From: Eledone cirrhosa
Taxonomy: Eukaryota
NCBI GenBank assembly: GCA_964016885.1
Contig: OZ024741.1
Coordinates: 339,388,001-339,452,000 of the forward strand
Length of the DNA stretch: 64,000 nt
Direction of reading: 5' to 3'
In this document: positions 26,645 through 40,385 of the stretch, one piece after another
Position numbering within the stretch: the first letter of the stretch is position 1
How the letters are laid out: each line of letters starts with the position of its first letter
Program-made: the position numbers and the translations under genes
The notes under the pieces: model-generated
What the model was told of the DNA's origin: nothing
Databases searched by the model: none
Seen by the model: the letters and a program-made list of their open reading frames with translations, nothing else

Positions 26645-27734
26645 ATCTGCACGACTGTCTGTCTGCACGCCTATATCACCTCTCTGCACGACTGTCTGTC
26701 TGCACGCGTATCTCACCTCTCTGCACGACTGTCTGTCTGCACGACTGTCTGTCTGCACGCCTAACGACGAAATATTTGCTTGTTTTACGTAGTCTTTAAA
26801 TAGACTTGTTTTCAAGTAAAAATATTGTTTTAAAATGCTTTTAAATGGAAATGAAGCAAAACGGAAGCTTAGTGTTCGAACTGATGAATTTTGCAGGTCA
26901 ATAAAAGTTACAATGTTAAGTTTCTTTCTTGGCTTAAAAACTGTAGTGTCTACTGTGCAGACTTGCATGTGGTGTTTTTGATTAATATTCCCTCAACCAA
27001 CAATATGCCTTATGAAGTTAAGAAAACATAACGATAACCCGAATGTTATAACAAAAGAGGATGCTGGGGATAGAAACTGCACTGGTTATTTATTAACAAA
27101 GATCGAAAATGTAAATACTGCAACGCAGAGAAAAACATTAGTGTAACCAAATTATCAGTTATGTCTGTCTGCACGCCTATATCACCTCTCTGAACGACTA
27201 TCTGTCTGCACGCCTATATCACCTCTCTGCACGACTATCTGTCTGCACGCGTATATCACCTCTCTGCACGACTGTCTGTCTGCACGCCTAACGACGAAAT
27301 ATTTGCTTGTTTTACGTAGTCTTTAAATAGACTTGTTTTCAAGTAAAAATATTGTTTTAAAATGCTTTTAAATGGAAATGAAGCAAAACGGAAGCTTAGT
27401 GTTCGAACTGATGAATTTTGCAGGTCAATATTTTGCTGGCTCACTAAATGTTCGTGTATTGTAAACGCTGAGAAAGCCAGCGTAATTTTTTACGTAAGAC
27501 GCTCAATGTAAACAGAACAAAGGGAAATAACTGATAACTTACGCTCAAAAATCGATACATTATATTCGATTTCGTCACATAGGGTGGGTCAATTTGAAAT
27601 TATTTTTTTTCCGATGTCTTCGCTAGGGCTCAATGTACAAGTATAGCAATTTCGGTGCAATTCCGTGAGAGATTCTAAGAGGAGATGTGTGCCAAAAATC
27701 GATAGACAGACAACCACAGTTTTATATATATAGA
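26645..27734 (-). mobile_element. Rearranged fourth Helitron copy lacking the CTAG end
   Basis: Same internal sequence, central block duplicated (26647-26901), TC 5' end at 27734. Confidence 0.8.
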
Positions 27735-27820
27735 TTACTCCGAAGTAACCAAACCAACCTGCGCACTTCGTCGAGTGCTCCAGCCTGCATACTGAGGTGT
27801 TGGTATACAACCAACATACT

Positions 27821-27895
<75 letters not shown>

Positions 27896-28009
27896 TATAG
27901 AGATAGATAAATAGATAGATAGATAGATAGATATAAATATGTGTGTTTATGTTTATATGTGTATATATTTGTGTGTATATATACATACGTAATAAATATA
28001 TATATGTAA

Positions 28010-28338
28010 TGGAGGCACATGGCTTAGTGGTTAGATGACCTTGCAATCGAAAGGTTGTGAGTTCAATTCTCAGACCGGGTGATGTGTTGTTTCCTTGAGC
28101 AAGACACTTTATTTCACATTGCTCCAGTTTACTCAGCTGTAGAAATGAGATGATAGGGACTGGGGTCCATATCATTCCACTGCAAAGTGGTCGTGGAGGT
28201 GCCACGGTAAAGCACCCAGCACTCACTGGTGTTGGGAAGGGTATCCAGCTGTAGAAATCAAGCCAGAATCAGTTCCCGTCCCACCCTTGCAAGCAGGGAA
28301 AAGCGGACGTAAAATGAAATGATGATGATGATGATGAT
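28010..28338 (+). mobile_element. tRNA-headed SINE with RTE subfamily B tail
   Basis: tggcttagtgg A-box, gagttcaattc B-box, ccttgagcaagacactt core, tail cccacccttgcaagcagggaaaagcggacgtaaaa(tga)n. Confidence 0.88.
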
Positions 28339-28394
28339 ATATATATATATATAAAACGAAGGAGTACTCAATACTTAGGGTAGTAGAGTGGGTA

Positions 28395-28511
28395 ATAGGA
28401 AAATGTTTGACCCCGACGGCAGAGCTCAAGCTGTTTCGACAGCTATTTCTGGACCAGAAATAGCTGTCAAAACAGCTTGAGCTCTGCCGTCGGGGTCTAA
28501 CATTTTCCTAT
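28395..28511. repeat. Near-perfect palindrome, 58-bp arms with 1-nt loop
   Basis: ataggaaaatgtttgaccccgacggcagagctc...ctgg a ccag...gagctctgccgtcggggtctaacattttcctat. Confidence 0.9.
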
Positions 28512-28769
28512 ATATATATCTGTGTGTGTGTCTGTGTTTATGTCTCATAACTTAGTGGTTTGACCAAAAGAGCTCAATAAAATTAGTACCAAACCTGATC
28601 AGACCTGAAAATATAATACTGGGTAACGATATAATCACCTAAAAATCCTTTAAGCCATTGCTCCAAGATAACCACAGTCTAATGACTGAAACCAATAAAA
28701 AATAACAAATTTATCAGAACCAACCAGATTTTAGTATTATTACATCTCATATTAACATATCTCTTTTAC

Positions 28770-29305
28770 ACTTTAGCTCTTTCATTTCCATATTTCTAAT
28801 AAATAACACAGCTTATGATTTTCAAATAATTTTGAAAGTATTCAAAAATTTGAAGGGATTTAGTAATATAACTCGCATTACTAAGCTGGTGTTTGGAACA
28901 TAACTTAACAAAAGTTTTTACATAAAACTATGATGGAAGGTTTTTAGATAAATGTAAACACTTTAACCCTTTTATAACTCTTTTAAGACACTGCCTATGA
29001 TATTCAAATAATTTTGAAAATAATGTTGAATTTAGAGGGATTTTGTGATACACCTAAATTTCTCATCATGTCAGGTATTTAGAACATAATTCAACAAAGG
29101 TTCTTACATAAGATTATAGTGAAAGGTTTTTAGATAAACCTTTTGTTACCATATTTCTTATGAAACACACTGTTGCTAATTTTAAAATAATTATGAAATA
29201 ATCAAGAATTCAAAAGTATTTTGTAATATAACTCTGGTATTTGGAACATAAATTAACAAAAGTTCTTACATAAAATTATGATGGAAGATTTTTAGATAAA
29301 TATAA
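28770..29305. repeat. Three diverged tandem copies of a ~180-bp AT-rich repeat
   Basis: Recurring ttcaaataattttgaaa...tttggaacataa..aacaaaagtt..tacataa..tatgatggaagg; related sequence at 19540-19890. Confidence 0.65.
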
Positions 29306-29769
29306 ACAGTTCGACCCATGTGGAATGTGGACATAAAATATTTTGGTACTGTAAAACCAAGTACATTTCCAGGCAGTTTAGTGTCAAAAGCTACTTGCAT
29401 GCACATCTCTAATGCATCTCATCACCTTTATACATTCGATTGAAAATGCATTAAACAAGTTTGCCATGCAGATTTATGCACATTTACACATGCCAATGAA
29501 ACAACATCAAAATAAAACAGAGAGAGACTTTTAAAGGATTATCTTGTTCACCTTAGATCCATAAATCTTTAATCCCAACATCTCTAAAACTACATGAAAT
29601 GTACTTCCAATTCTTTTTCTGATTTTTATTTTAATGTATTTTTTTTCATTCTTGACAATGCTTATTATTTTTTATTTTCAGATTTTAATGGTGTTTACAC
29701 ACATACACATACAGACACACACACACACAAACACATATATTTCATAATAATAATGATAATGAAAATATG

Positions 29770-29809
<40 letters not shown>

Positions 29810-30844
29810 TAATTATTATTTTTATTTATTGGCCATTGGGGCTGAAAAACTTAAGTACAATACAAATAATAATAACAATGGTGATAATAATGGTAACAAT
29901 GTGATGAACTCAGTTTTAATTGAAACTTCCTCACACTCTTTCATTACTCATAATGTTTACATTTTCTTGTCATTTTCTTAATTTCTTTTTTTTTTCTTTA
30001 AAATGATTCTCTTTCTTTTACTTTTATTCCTATTTAAAAAATTTTTGGTTTAGTCTCTGTAATTGCTAAGTGATATAATGGCTGTGTTAAGATGTGAAAG
30101 GGGATGTGAGGCAAGGGAGCTGGGCTGGTACACAAAACTTCAGATTCTATCAACTTTAAGCAAACATTGACACATTATCACCAGAGGTAGAAGAAAGGGG
30201 AAAAAATAAAAGAAAATTTTTAAAAAGAAAAAAATGTTTCATCCAAATAAAAAAATTAAATTTTAAATTAAAAAAATTAAATTTTAAATAAAAAAAATTT
30301 AATTTAAATAATAACTAATAAAATAACAACAATAATAATTGCCTTTATTTGCCACAAGGGCAGCAAATAAAGGGGAATATTAGGACAGGTTACATAGTGT
30401 GTAGCAGGGAAGAGGGTATTGCAGGGAAACTGAATGATTGGGAGGGGTGGAGTGTTATTAGTAGTAACAACAGCAACAACAATAATAATAATAATAATAA
30501 TAATAATAATCATTGTTTCTACTTTAGGCACAAGGCCAGAAATTTTGGTGGAGGGGAAATTGATTATAATAAATCGACCCCAGTACGTGACTGGTACTTT
30601 AATAATTAATAATTTCTATATTTGCCACAAGCATAGAGAGATCGTGTGGATGGCGCAAGAAGTAGATATAAAACACAAAGAGGGTGGAGATGGTGGTTGT
30701 GAAGGGTACATGTGGTTGTGTGAGGGGTACATGTGGTAGTTGTGCAGGGTACATGTGGCGGTTGTGCAGAGTACATGTTGGGGATGTGAGTGGTACATGT
30801 CAGGTAAAAATGGAGAATAAACAATAACAACAAAGAAATAATAA

Positions 30845-31228
30845 TAATTGTTTCTACTTTTTGGCACAAGGCCAGCAATTACCCAGTGCATTACTGGTAC
30901 TTTATTTTATCGACCCCGTAAGGATGAAAGGCAAAGTTAACCTCGGCGGGATTCGAACTCAGAATGGCAAGGGCTGTAACTCTATGCGTCAAAGCATAGC
31001 GTCCGACCCTCTACCGATACTGCCAATCCACAAAGAAATAATAATAATAATAATTGTTTCTACTTCTGGTACAAGGTCAGCAATTACCCCAGTGCATTAC
31101 TGGTACTTTATTTTATCGACCCCATAAGGATGAAAGGCAAAGTTAACCATGGCGGGATTTGAACTCAGAACGTAAAGGGCCATAACTCTATGCTGCAAAG
31201 CATGGTGTCTAAGGCTCTACCAATACTG
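30845..31228 (-). mobile_element. Two tandem copies of the ~190-bp tRNA SINE
   Basis: Same family motifs, separated by (aat)n. Confidence 0.88.
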
Positions 31229-31659
31229 GTTTCTTTTATTGGCCACAAGGGCCTGCATTATTGAGGACAATACAAGGACAAATTACAACACAAAGTGTGG
31301 TTTACATTGAGTAAAAAGGTTCAAATTTAACGAAAAAATTAACAAAGAAATAATAATAATAATAATAATAATTAAAAAATAAAATAAAATTAGAAAAAGC
31401 ACTCCCCCTCTCCCGCCACCTCATTACCTTCTTCATCTTAAAAAAAAATAATTTAGCAAAACACACCTAATTTTTTTTGAAAATAAATTGAATAATTAAA
31501 TGAATAAATATATAATTACATTAACAAAATAAAGAAAATATCAGTGAAAAGTTTGGTTAAATTTTTTTGAAGTGAAGATAATGGTAAGGGGTGGGAGGGT
31601 GGGTTGAGGTGTTTGTTTGGATTTGTGGGATTCTAATGAAGAAAAAACCTCAACCTCTA

Positions 31660-31963
31660 TTTCTTCCCCTTCTCATACCTTCTTTCTTCCCTTCTCTGTC
31701 TCATACCTTCTCTCTCTCCCCCTTCTCTCTCTCCCCTCCCTTTTCTTTCTCCTCTCTCCCCTCTGTCTCTCATCTTCTCTCTCACCTCCCCTTTCTCCTG
31801 TCTCTCACCATCTCTCCCTCTCTCCTCTTCTCTCTCTTCTCCTCTTCTCTTCTCTCTCTCCCCTTCTCTCTCTCTCCTCTTCTCTCTCTTCTCTCCTCTC
31901 CTCTTCTCTCTCTCTCCCCTTCTCTCTCTCCCCCTTCCTCTATCCCCTCCTATCTCACTCTCA
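31660..31963. repeat. Polypyrimidine (CT)-rich tract
   Basis: Visible. Confidence 0.9.
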
Positions 31964-32860
31964 TTAAAGGAACTGTAGGTTTGTGTAGTATGGGTGTGGT
32001 GGAGGTGTGATATTGTTTCTTTCAATGATTTGTTGTTGGTATTGTGGTTGTTGTTGTGATTGTGGGTTTTGTTGTTACTGTGGTTGTTGTTATGGTTGTT
32101 ACTGTGGTTTTGTGGTTGTTGTTACTGTTATTGTTGTGGCTGTTGTGATTGTAAACTTAGTTATTATGGGTTTGCTGTTGTTATTGGTTTTGTTGTTGAT
32201 GTTGTTAATGTGGTTGTTTTTGATATTGTTGCCATTAGTGTTAATATTTCTGTTGTAACTACTGTTGTTACTAATGTTGTTGTTACTACTGTTGTTACTA
32301 ATGTTGTTGTTACTACTGTTGTTATTACTATTGGTGTTACAGTGGCTGCTTCTGTTTCAGTTGTTGTTGTTGCTGCTGCTGCTGTTGCTATTACTGTTGT
32401 TATTATTGTTACTGTTGTTGTTATTTAAGGTGAAGATAAAGGGATATGGTTTGATGTCAACAACAAACAACAAACATGTTCAAAGCTGTTATTAATAAAG
32501 AGGGCACTAAGATAATTAGGAAGGCTCTCCGCTCTGTTACACCTCATCTTCTTTTTCTTCAGAAGATTCGCTGGAGTGGGGGTGTTTTTCTTTTCTTCTC
32601 CCTTTTTCCTCATTTCACCTCACCTTTTTCTTTTTTTATATTCCTATTTTTTGTTAAAGTTATGTTGCTATCACTTAACGCAAAATTTTCTCTCAAAAAA
32701 TTTCAGCTCACGACCCGACTTTCCTTTCGTTTGACAGTAAAATAAATAATGGTGAAACTTTATCAACAAATATAATATTAATAATATTGACGACGATGAT
32801 GATGATAAAAACCAAAGTAATAATGAAATGAAATGAAATTTTCAGCTCACACCAATGCAA

Positions 32861-33260
32861 GTTTAGCTGGTCTTCTACAAGGTTGCATCTCATAGGTTTC
32901 TCAGGTGTTTTAATGATAGGAGACTCCACTCCTATCATGCTGTTACTGCTGACACTCATGTAGGTTTAGCTGACCTTCTACAAGGCTGCATCTCAGGTTT
33001 TTTTCAGATGTTTTAATGATAGGAAACTCTCCAGTCCTATCATGCTGTTACAGCTCACACTCATGTAGGTTTAGCTGGTTTTCTATATTATAGCATCTCA
33101 TGGGAGGTTTCTCAGGTATTTTAATGTTTGGTGTTTTAGTTCTATCTAGAAAAGTAACATGAAATAAAGTGTTTTGCCCCAAAACACAACGTGCTGCCCA
33201 GTTCACAACACAAACTCATGACCTTATGATGAGGAGTCTTGTACTCTAACCACTAGGCTA
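32861..33260 (-). mobile_element. Degenerate SINE with a ~104-bp body segment repeated about 2.6 times
   Basis: Head tagcctagtggttagag on minus at ~33260; gtttagctg recurs at 32861, 32964, 33068. Confidence 0.6.
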
Positions 33261-33276
33261 CAAGATAATAATAGAA

Positions 33277-33672
33277 TTATTATTTCTACTTTTGGCACAA
33301 GGCAATTATCCCAGTGCATTACTTTATTTTATCGACTCCGTAAGGATGAAAGGCAAAGTTAACCTTGACAGGATTTGAACTCAGACCGTAAAGAGCCGTA
33401 ACTCTATACGGCATAGCATGGTGTCTGACTCTCTACAGATACTGCCAATCCACCGCCATAATAGATTATAATAATAATAATAATTGTTTCTACTTTTGGC
33501 ACAAGGCCAGCAATTACCCAGTACATTACTGGTACTTTATTTTATCGACCCCGTAAGGATGAAAGGCAAAGTTAACCTTGGCGGGATTTGAACTCAGATC
33601 GTAAAGGGGCGTAACTCTATGCTGCAAAGCATGGTGTCCGACCCTCTACCTATACTGCCAATCCACCACCCT
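33277..33672 (-). mobile_element. Two tandem copies of the ~190-bp tRNA SINE
   Basis: Same family motifs; another partial + copy at 33950-34067. Confidence 0.88.
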
Positions 33673-34259
33673 TAACGACAACGACGAGTTTAACATCTAT
33701 TTTTCCATGCTGGCATGGGTTGGACATCACCTGGATGTTCAGTATGATACCAAACCTTTATATTTTTAAAGCAAGGCTCAGAACTTTCCGCAGATCTAAA
33801 TACAAACACATATACACACTTATCATATATGCATGCACATGCCCACCCCCACCACACACACACACACACATGTATTTATTGTGAATGTATGTATGAATAT
33901 GTAAATATGTGTATTTCCATCTATTATATTTTCTCATGGCCCTTGCCATTCTGAATTCAAATCCTGCCGAGGTTAACTTTGCCTTTCATCCTTACGGGGT
34001 CGATAAAATAAAGTACTAGTAATACACTGGGTATTTGCTGGCCTTGTGCCAAAAGTAGAAACAATTATATTTTCTTATAAGGCTGCCTGAGACTATGGTA
34101 GGTGACACCTAAAGTATTGTGCAGTTGGATAAAACCTAAGATTAGGTGAACTTCTAAACTACACAGCCATATTGTTATATGATGATCAAGTTGAAGAGAG
34201 GACTCTTCTAAAGGTCCTTCAGAGTGATGTGGTGCTTGCTGATGTTGGTGTTAAACTGG

Positions 34260-34653
34260 ACAATGCAGATGGGTAAATCTCCGGGCAACAGAATCAGGTG
34301 GTATTGAAAGAGGGAGATGTAGGAAGGAGCATAAAAGAAAGTAGGAAAGGTGTAAAAAATAACAAGGGATAGAATTACCTTGCAAGCGATTTAATAGCCC
34401 CTATATTTCAGATTTTCTTGTTGTCCTTCTCCGACACAACTCTTTCCCCTCAGAAAACCCTCAGTTGATGGCTGTGAAATCCGAAATATAGGGACTATTA
34501 AATCGCTTCCAAGGTAACTCTATCTCTTGTTATTTTTTACACTTTTCCTTAGTTCTTTTACATTCTCTACGTCTCTTTCTACCCTTCCTCTTACTTCTCC
34601 CTCTCTCATTACCACCTGATTCTGTTACCCGGAGATTTACCCATCTGCATTGT
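34260..34653. mobile_element. Diverged inverted-repeat element (~155-180-bp arms), possibly Penelope-like
   Basis: acaatgcagatgggtaaatctccggg...cctatatttc vs gaaatatagg...cccggagatttacccatctgcattgt; inner ends tccGAAATATAggg resemble a hammerhead 3' half. Confidence 0.6.
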
Positions 34654-34803
34654 TGAGGCTTCCAAAACGACTATTTTTCCTCGTCCACAATGCTTCAAGC
34701 AAACTTTAACACACACTATCTCTCCCTCTCTTTCCCCCTCACTCTCTCTCTCTCTCTCTATATATATATGTGTATATATATATATACACACACACTCTCT
34801 CTC

Positions 34804-34853
<50 letters not shown>

Positions 34854-34886
34854 TACATACATATACACACACACTCTCTCTCTCTC

Positions 34887-34944
<58 letters not shown>

Positions 34945-34953
34945 CTCTCTCTC

Positions 34954-35041
<88 letters not shown>

Positions 35042-35261
35042 CATACATACACACACACACAAACACATCTGCTTTGCAAAAATTTGTATACATTTGTATG
35101 TATATATAAGTATATATATATATATATGTGTGTGTGTGTATATGTATGTTTATAATGTACATTGACACCCCCCCCCCCCAATAAGGTCAATATGTGGATA
35201 AATAGAGAGGTAGCTACCTTGCTTAATAAATAGATAGATAAATGGAAAAATCAATAGAGGA

Positions 35262-35349
<88 letters not shown>

Positions 35350-35376
35350 TGTGTGTGTACATATCTATTGTTGTGA

Positions 35377-35408
<32 letters not shown>

Positions 35409-35727
35409 CTAGATAGAAAGGAAACTGTAGGTAGATCAATAGCTAGGTAGTGAAGATGGATGGGGAAGGAGTAATGGTGATTGGTTGATTGATTGCTACA
35501 TAGAAAAAAAGCCATAAACTGTGTGCAGGCAGAGGGTGGGGGAGGGAGAAAATTGCAAAGAAATAGACAAAAGTGGAAGTAAGAAATGGTTTGGAATCAT
35601 GTTAAGGCGTCGTTCGTTGTCAATAGAAAAGACAATTGAACATGACTCTGGCAGTTTTAAGTTGCAAAGGAAATTGGCTATATATGTCTATATATGTCAT
35701 ATATATATATATATATATATGTGTGTG

Positions 35728-35784
<57 letters not shown>

Positions 35785-35904
35785 GTATGTGTGTGTGTGT
35801 ATGTATATGTATGTGTGTGTGTGTATATTTATATATATATATATATGCATTCACATGTGCGTGTATATAAATATACATATACATGCACACGTTCATATGT
35901 GTGC

Positions 35905-35944
<40 letters not shown>

Positions 35945-35991
35945 ACCTATGAATGAGTGTGTGTGTGTGCCTGTATGAATGTGTGTGTGTG

Positions 35992-36023
<32 letters not shown>

Positions 36024-36110
36024 ATATCTATATAATGTATATATATATTTTTTGTATCTATATATATGTATATGCGTGTATATATATTTGTATTTATCGA
36101 TCAATATATA

Positions 36111-36221
<111 letters not shown>

Positions 36222-36349
36222 ACACATACACACAGTTGTGTGTACCAGTGTAAACTAGCAATCTGCTGTGCAAAGTTGATGTGTAAAGACAGTCAGGGAC
36301 AGACCCATTGCCTGATTAATAGAAATGTCAAGACAAAACCTTGTACACT

Positions 36350-37165
36350 GGTTTGTGGTGTAGGTAGTGGCAGTCTGTAGTGGTGGGGGTTTGTGGTGAT
36401 GGGGTGGTGGTAGTGGGAGTTTGAGGTGATGGGGTGGTGGTATTTTGGATTGTGGGAGTGGTGGTGGTGGGGATTGTGGGTGATTTTTTTTGTGGTGGAA
36501 GCAATTTGCAGTGATGGTGGCAGTGGCAATGTGGGTTGTGGTAGGGCTGGCAGGTGGGGGTGTTGATGCAGTTGTTGGTTGTGTTGGTGTTGGAACTCCT
36601 GGTGGTTGTGTTGGTGGTGATTGTGTTGGGCCTGCTCCTGTTGGTTGTGGTGGTGATGTTAGTGGTTGTTGTGTTGGGGCTGGTGTTGGAGCTCCTGGTG
36701 GTGGTGGTGATGGTTGTTGTGTTGGTGTTGGGGCTGGTGTTGGAGCTCCTGGTGGTGGTGGTGGTGGTGTTGGTGATGGTTGTTGTGTTGGTGTTGGGGC
36801 TGGTGTTGGAGCTCCTGGTGGTGGTGGTGATGGTGATGGTTGTTGTGTTGGTGTTGGGGCTGGTGTTGGAGCTCCTGGTGGTGGTGGTGTTGGTGATGGT
36901 TGTTGTGTTGGTGTTGGGGCTGGTGTTGGAGCTCCTGGTGGTGGTGGTGGTGTTGGTGATGGTTGTTGTGTTGGTGGTGGGGCTGGTATTGGAGCTCCTG
37001 GTGGTGGTGGTGGTTGTGTTGGTGATGTTGATGTTGGTGGTGATGTTTGTGGTGATGTTTGAGGTGGTGCTGTTGGTGGTTGTGTTAGTGGTGGTGTTGA
37101 TGGTGCTGGCTGTGTTGGTGTTGGGGCAGCTGTTGGTGGTTGTGTTGGTGTTGCTGCTGTTGGTG
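36350..37165. repeat. (GGT/TGT)n repeat with a higher-order 54-63-bp unit
   Basis: ggggctggtgttggagctcct recurs 6 times. Confidence 0.9.
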
Positions 37166-37413
37166 TCAGGAAGAAATGTTCTTATTGGAATTGTTATTGA
37201 CATAGAGGTGGAGCAGTGGGAGGGTGGAAGGTGGGGGGGAAGAGAAGGTTACTGAGGCTGTTACACAGAGATGGATATATATACACACACACACACACAT
37301 ATACATCCACATACATCCACACACATATACACACCCACATATATGCACTCACACACAGATATATATATAGATACACATATGTATACATATATATGTGTAT
37401 GTATATGTGTATG

Positions 37414-37451
<38 letters not shown>

Positions 37452-37512
37452 CACTCATGAAGAGATATAGATATTTTATGGTATATGTAACAGACATATA
37501 CAAATATAAACA

Positions 37513-37564
<52 letters not shown>

Positions 37565-38003
37565 TGTATACAAATTGAATATAAAAAAATAACACAGTTT
37601 AAGGTATAAATAGATTATTTAATATTATAGTGCTAGCTCAACAAATACTGACACAGCTGTATTTGTTGAGCACTCTTAACACTTTAGCTGTGTAGTTAAA
37701 TGTGGTGGGGTTTGTATTTCTATACAGTTTCACATAATTTTGTTATCTCCTGAGTTTTTACCATCATGACTAGAATAATGTTCTTCAGCTAAGTAAAGCT
37801 GACAAACACTCTCCCATTGGTTGTAAACTTCTGCAAATTTCAAGTTTTCCCATTTTATGTACAAACAACTTGACTATCATTACATTTCTGCTGATATTCA
37901 TAGTGGCAGTATATTTTCTTTATAGTTTTTTTTTTCTTTATTCAGTTGGCCAGTTTGTAGAAATACATGCCCCATTAATAAATGTATGTATGTAGGTATT
38001 ATA

Positions 38004-39440
38004 GTCAGGTCGCTCTAGAGTGCTACTGGTAACATGTAACCCAGTACAACTTGTCTCATGGTCGGGTTGTCGGCGACTAAACCGGCAACCCCACCAAGCC
38101 TGTGGGATGAAATACAAGACCCTGCAAAGGGCGGAGGAACTCAGCAGAATCAACGGCCATCCAAATAGTACTTTTTTTTTTTACCTGGGAGTGAAAGGCC
38201 CCCAGTTGTTGTCATAACACCTTTCTAAGAGAGGGAAACTCTGAAAATAAAACCTATGGCTTCGGAATCATCCGATGATGTTGACCAGTTCTCCTTTTTG
38301 GGTAGTGTTTTTTGATGCTCAGAGAGTGGGATTAGTCAAGTGCAAGGCCTTTCCCCACTTGAAAAAACCTTCAGAGCACAGGTATTGCTTGTTCAGGATA
38401 TGTTACAGGTTCGTGTAGCTGGCCATAGCCTAAAAGTGCACCAAACTCTATAATCTGACAAGTGATTGCAATACTCTTAGCAGAGTTTGCAGCTATCATG
38501 TATGTATGTGTGTGTGTGTGTGCATGCATACATGTATGTAAGAGTGTGTGTGTATGTGTGTGTCTATGTATATGTGTGTCTGTATGTATGTATCTGTCTG
38601 GGTGTATGTATGTGTGTAAATGCACTAATACACACACACTCACATTAATGCATTTCATTTAACATGTGACATATTTAGTCTCACAATCAATTTGAAAAAA
38701 ATAAATGTTGTAAAGCATGAACCTGCCCCAGGCAAACAAATCGATGCATCAGAAATACTAGTTAAGGGTGCTGTACTTAAAATTATAACTTACTTTGAAT
38801 ACCTAGGTAGCCTGGTACATGTTGAAGGAAACTTAGACATGGAAATCACTTCTCACATTCAAAAGGCAGTAAAAACCTTTGGCAGCCTAGAATCCAATAT
38901 CTGGTCACAGCACCATATGAAGACTGGCACTAAAGATCATGGTATATGTCTCATTTGTTCTTCCTGCACTGCCGTATTCTTCTGAACTTGGACAATAAAC
39001 AGCAGCATGCTGGAATGCTGGAAAGTTTGCGCTAGAAATGCCTCTGCCACATTCTCAGAATAGGCGAGTTCTCACTCTTCCCTGAAACTGAGGCTTTTGC
39101 TGAAGTTAGGATTACATCAAACCAAACCATGCTTATTAGAAATCAACTATGATGGACAGGCCATTTTAATTGTAGGGATGATGAGCACATTCCCAAGTAA
39201 ACAATTTATGGTGGGCTTATGCTGGAAAACAGAAAAAATAGTAAGCCAAAGAAAAGATACAAAGACTCTTTAAAAACAAATTTAAATGTCTTAAATTATG
39301 TTACAAAAATCTTGAATCACTGGCGACAGATAGGGAAGCATGGCAAGCTATGATTTGGAGTAGTGATAAAGATTTTGAGTTTGATAGAGTTAAGCATGTT
39401 GAAATAAAAAGAAAAGTATGAAAAAATGAGATTAATAGCA
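38004..39440 (+). mobile_element. Old internally deleted RTE (BovB-like) element: 5' UTR-like part plus decayed C-terminal coding part
   Basis: 38692-38985 gives FEYLGSLV..EG.LD.EITSHIQKA..TFGSL..NIW......TK, the RTE post-RT motif; 5' part colinear with 9574-10100. Confidence 0.7.
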
Positions 39441-39493
39441 ATAGCGTTGGGTGTGAATATCATTCTTTCTTTAAATTTTCTTTATATATATAT

Positions 39494-39570
39494 ATATAAA
39501 TTACAGAATAATCAAAACTATGTTCAATAGAATGTTTTGAACATAGTTTTGAATATTCTGTAATTTATAT
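39494..39570. repeat. 34-bp-arm hairpin at the edge of a (TA)n tract
   Basis: atataaattacagaataatcaaaactatgttcaa / ttgaacatagttttgaatattctgtaatttatat. Confidence 0.8.
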
Positions 39571-39717
39571 TCGGGCTCTGTAAAACATCTGATGTATTTA
39601 CATTGAACTATTTTTCTTACTGGTAATAAGGTAGTAATGAATTACTAACCTTTCCTGTTTATAATTATATATAATGTATATATAAGTATAAATAATATTA
39701 TTATTATTATATATATA

Positions 39718-39907
39718 GGGCGGTGGATTGGCAGTATCGGTAGAGGGTCGGATGCCATGCTTTCCAGCATAGTTACGTCCCTTTACGATCTGAGTTCAAA
39801 TCCCGCCAAGGTTGACTTTGCCTTTCATCCTTACGGGGTTGATAAAATAAAGTACCAGTAATGCACTGGGTAATTGCTGGCCTTGTGCCTAAAGTAGAAA
39901 CAATTAT

Positions 39908-39910
<3 letters not shown>
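39718..39910 (+). mobile_element. Full-length ~190-bp tRNA SINE
   Basis: gggcggtggattggcagtatcgg...gagttcaaatccc...gtagaaacaattatt. Confidence 0.9.
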
Positions 39911-39952
<42 letters not shown>

Positions 39953-40164
39953 ACCCTTGCAAGCAGGGAAAAGCGGACGTAAAATGATGATGATGATGAT
40001 GATGATATATATATTTATTTGATTAAAACACCAGCCAGAGGATTCAGCATCAATGATGGATGAGTTGCATAACATAGAGCTTTTCCTACTATTACATCAT
40101 AGTTAACTAAACAGAATAACCAGTTCTATCCATTGGTGGACCACAAAGCATAAATATATATATA

Positions 40165-40385
40165 TCATCATCATCATTATTCTACATCCATTCTTCCAAG
40201 CTAGCATGGGTTAGATGGGTTGTCCTATTCTGGGGGATGCCAGGTCAGGTAACCATGTCTTACTCATACAGAACTGATTTTGGCTTGATTTCTACAGCTG
40301 GATACTCTTCCTAACACCAAACTAATTTACAGTGTAGACTGGGTGCTTTTTTTTCATGACACCTACACGACCTCTTTACAGTGGG
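40165..40385 (-). mobile_element. SINE/RTE tail fragment
   Basis: Reverse complement of the 48-bp unit + ttaggaagagtatccagctgtagaaa + (gat)n. Confidence 0.75.

Noticed and set aside
28010-28085. tRNA genes (also 39718, 42936, 57625)
   Set aside because: A and B boxes are present but no convincing cloverleaf; followed by SINE bodies and tails
36328-37255. Gly/Cys-rich or mucin-like ORFs
   Set aside because: Open on both strands because of GGT/TGT repeats; no credible start, signal peptide or splice context
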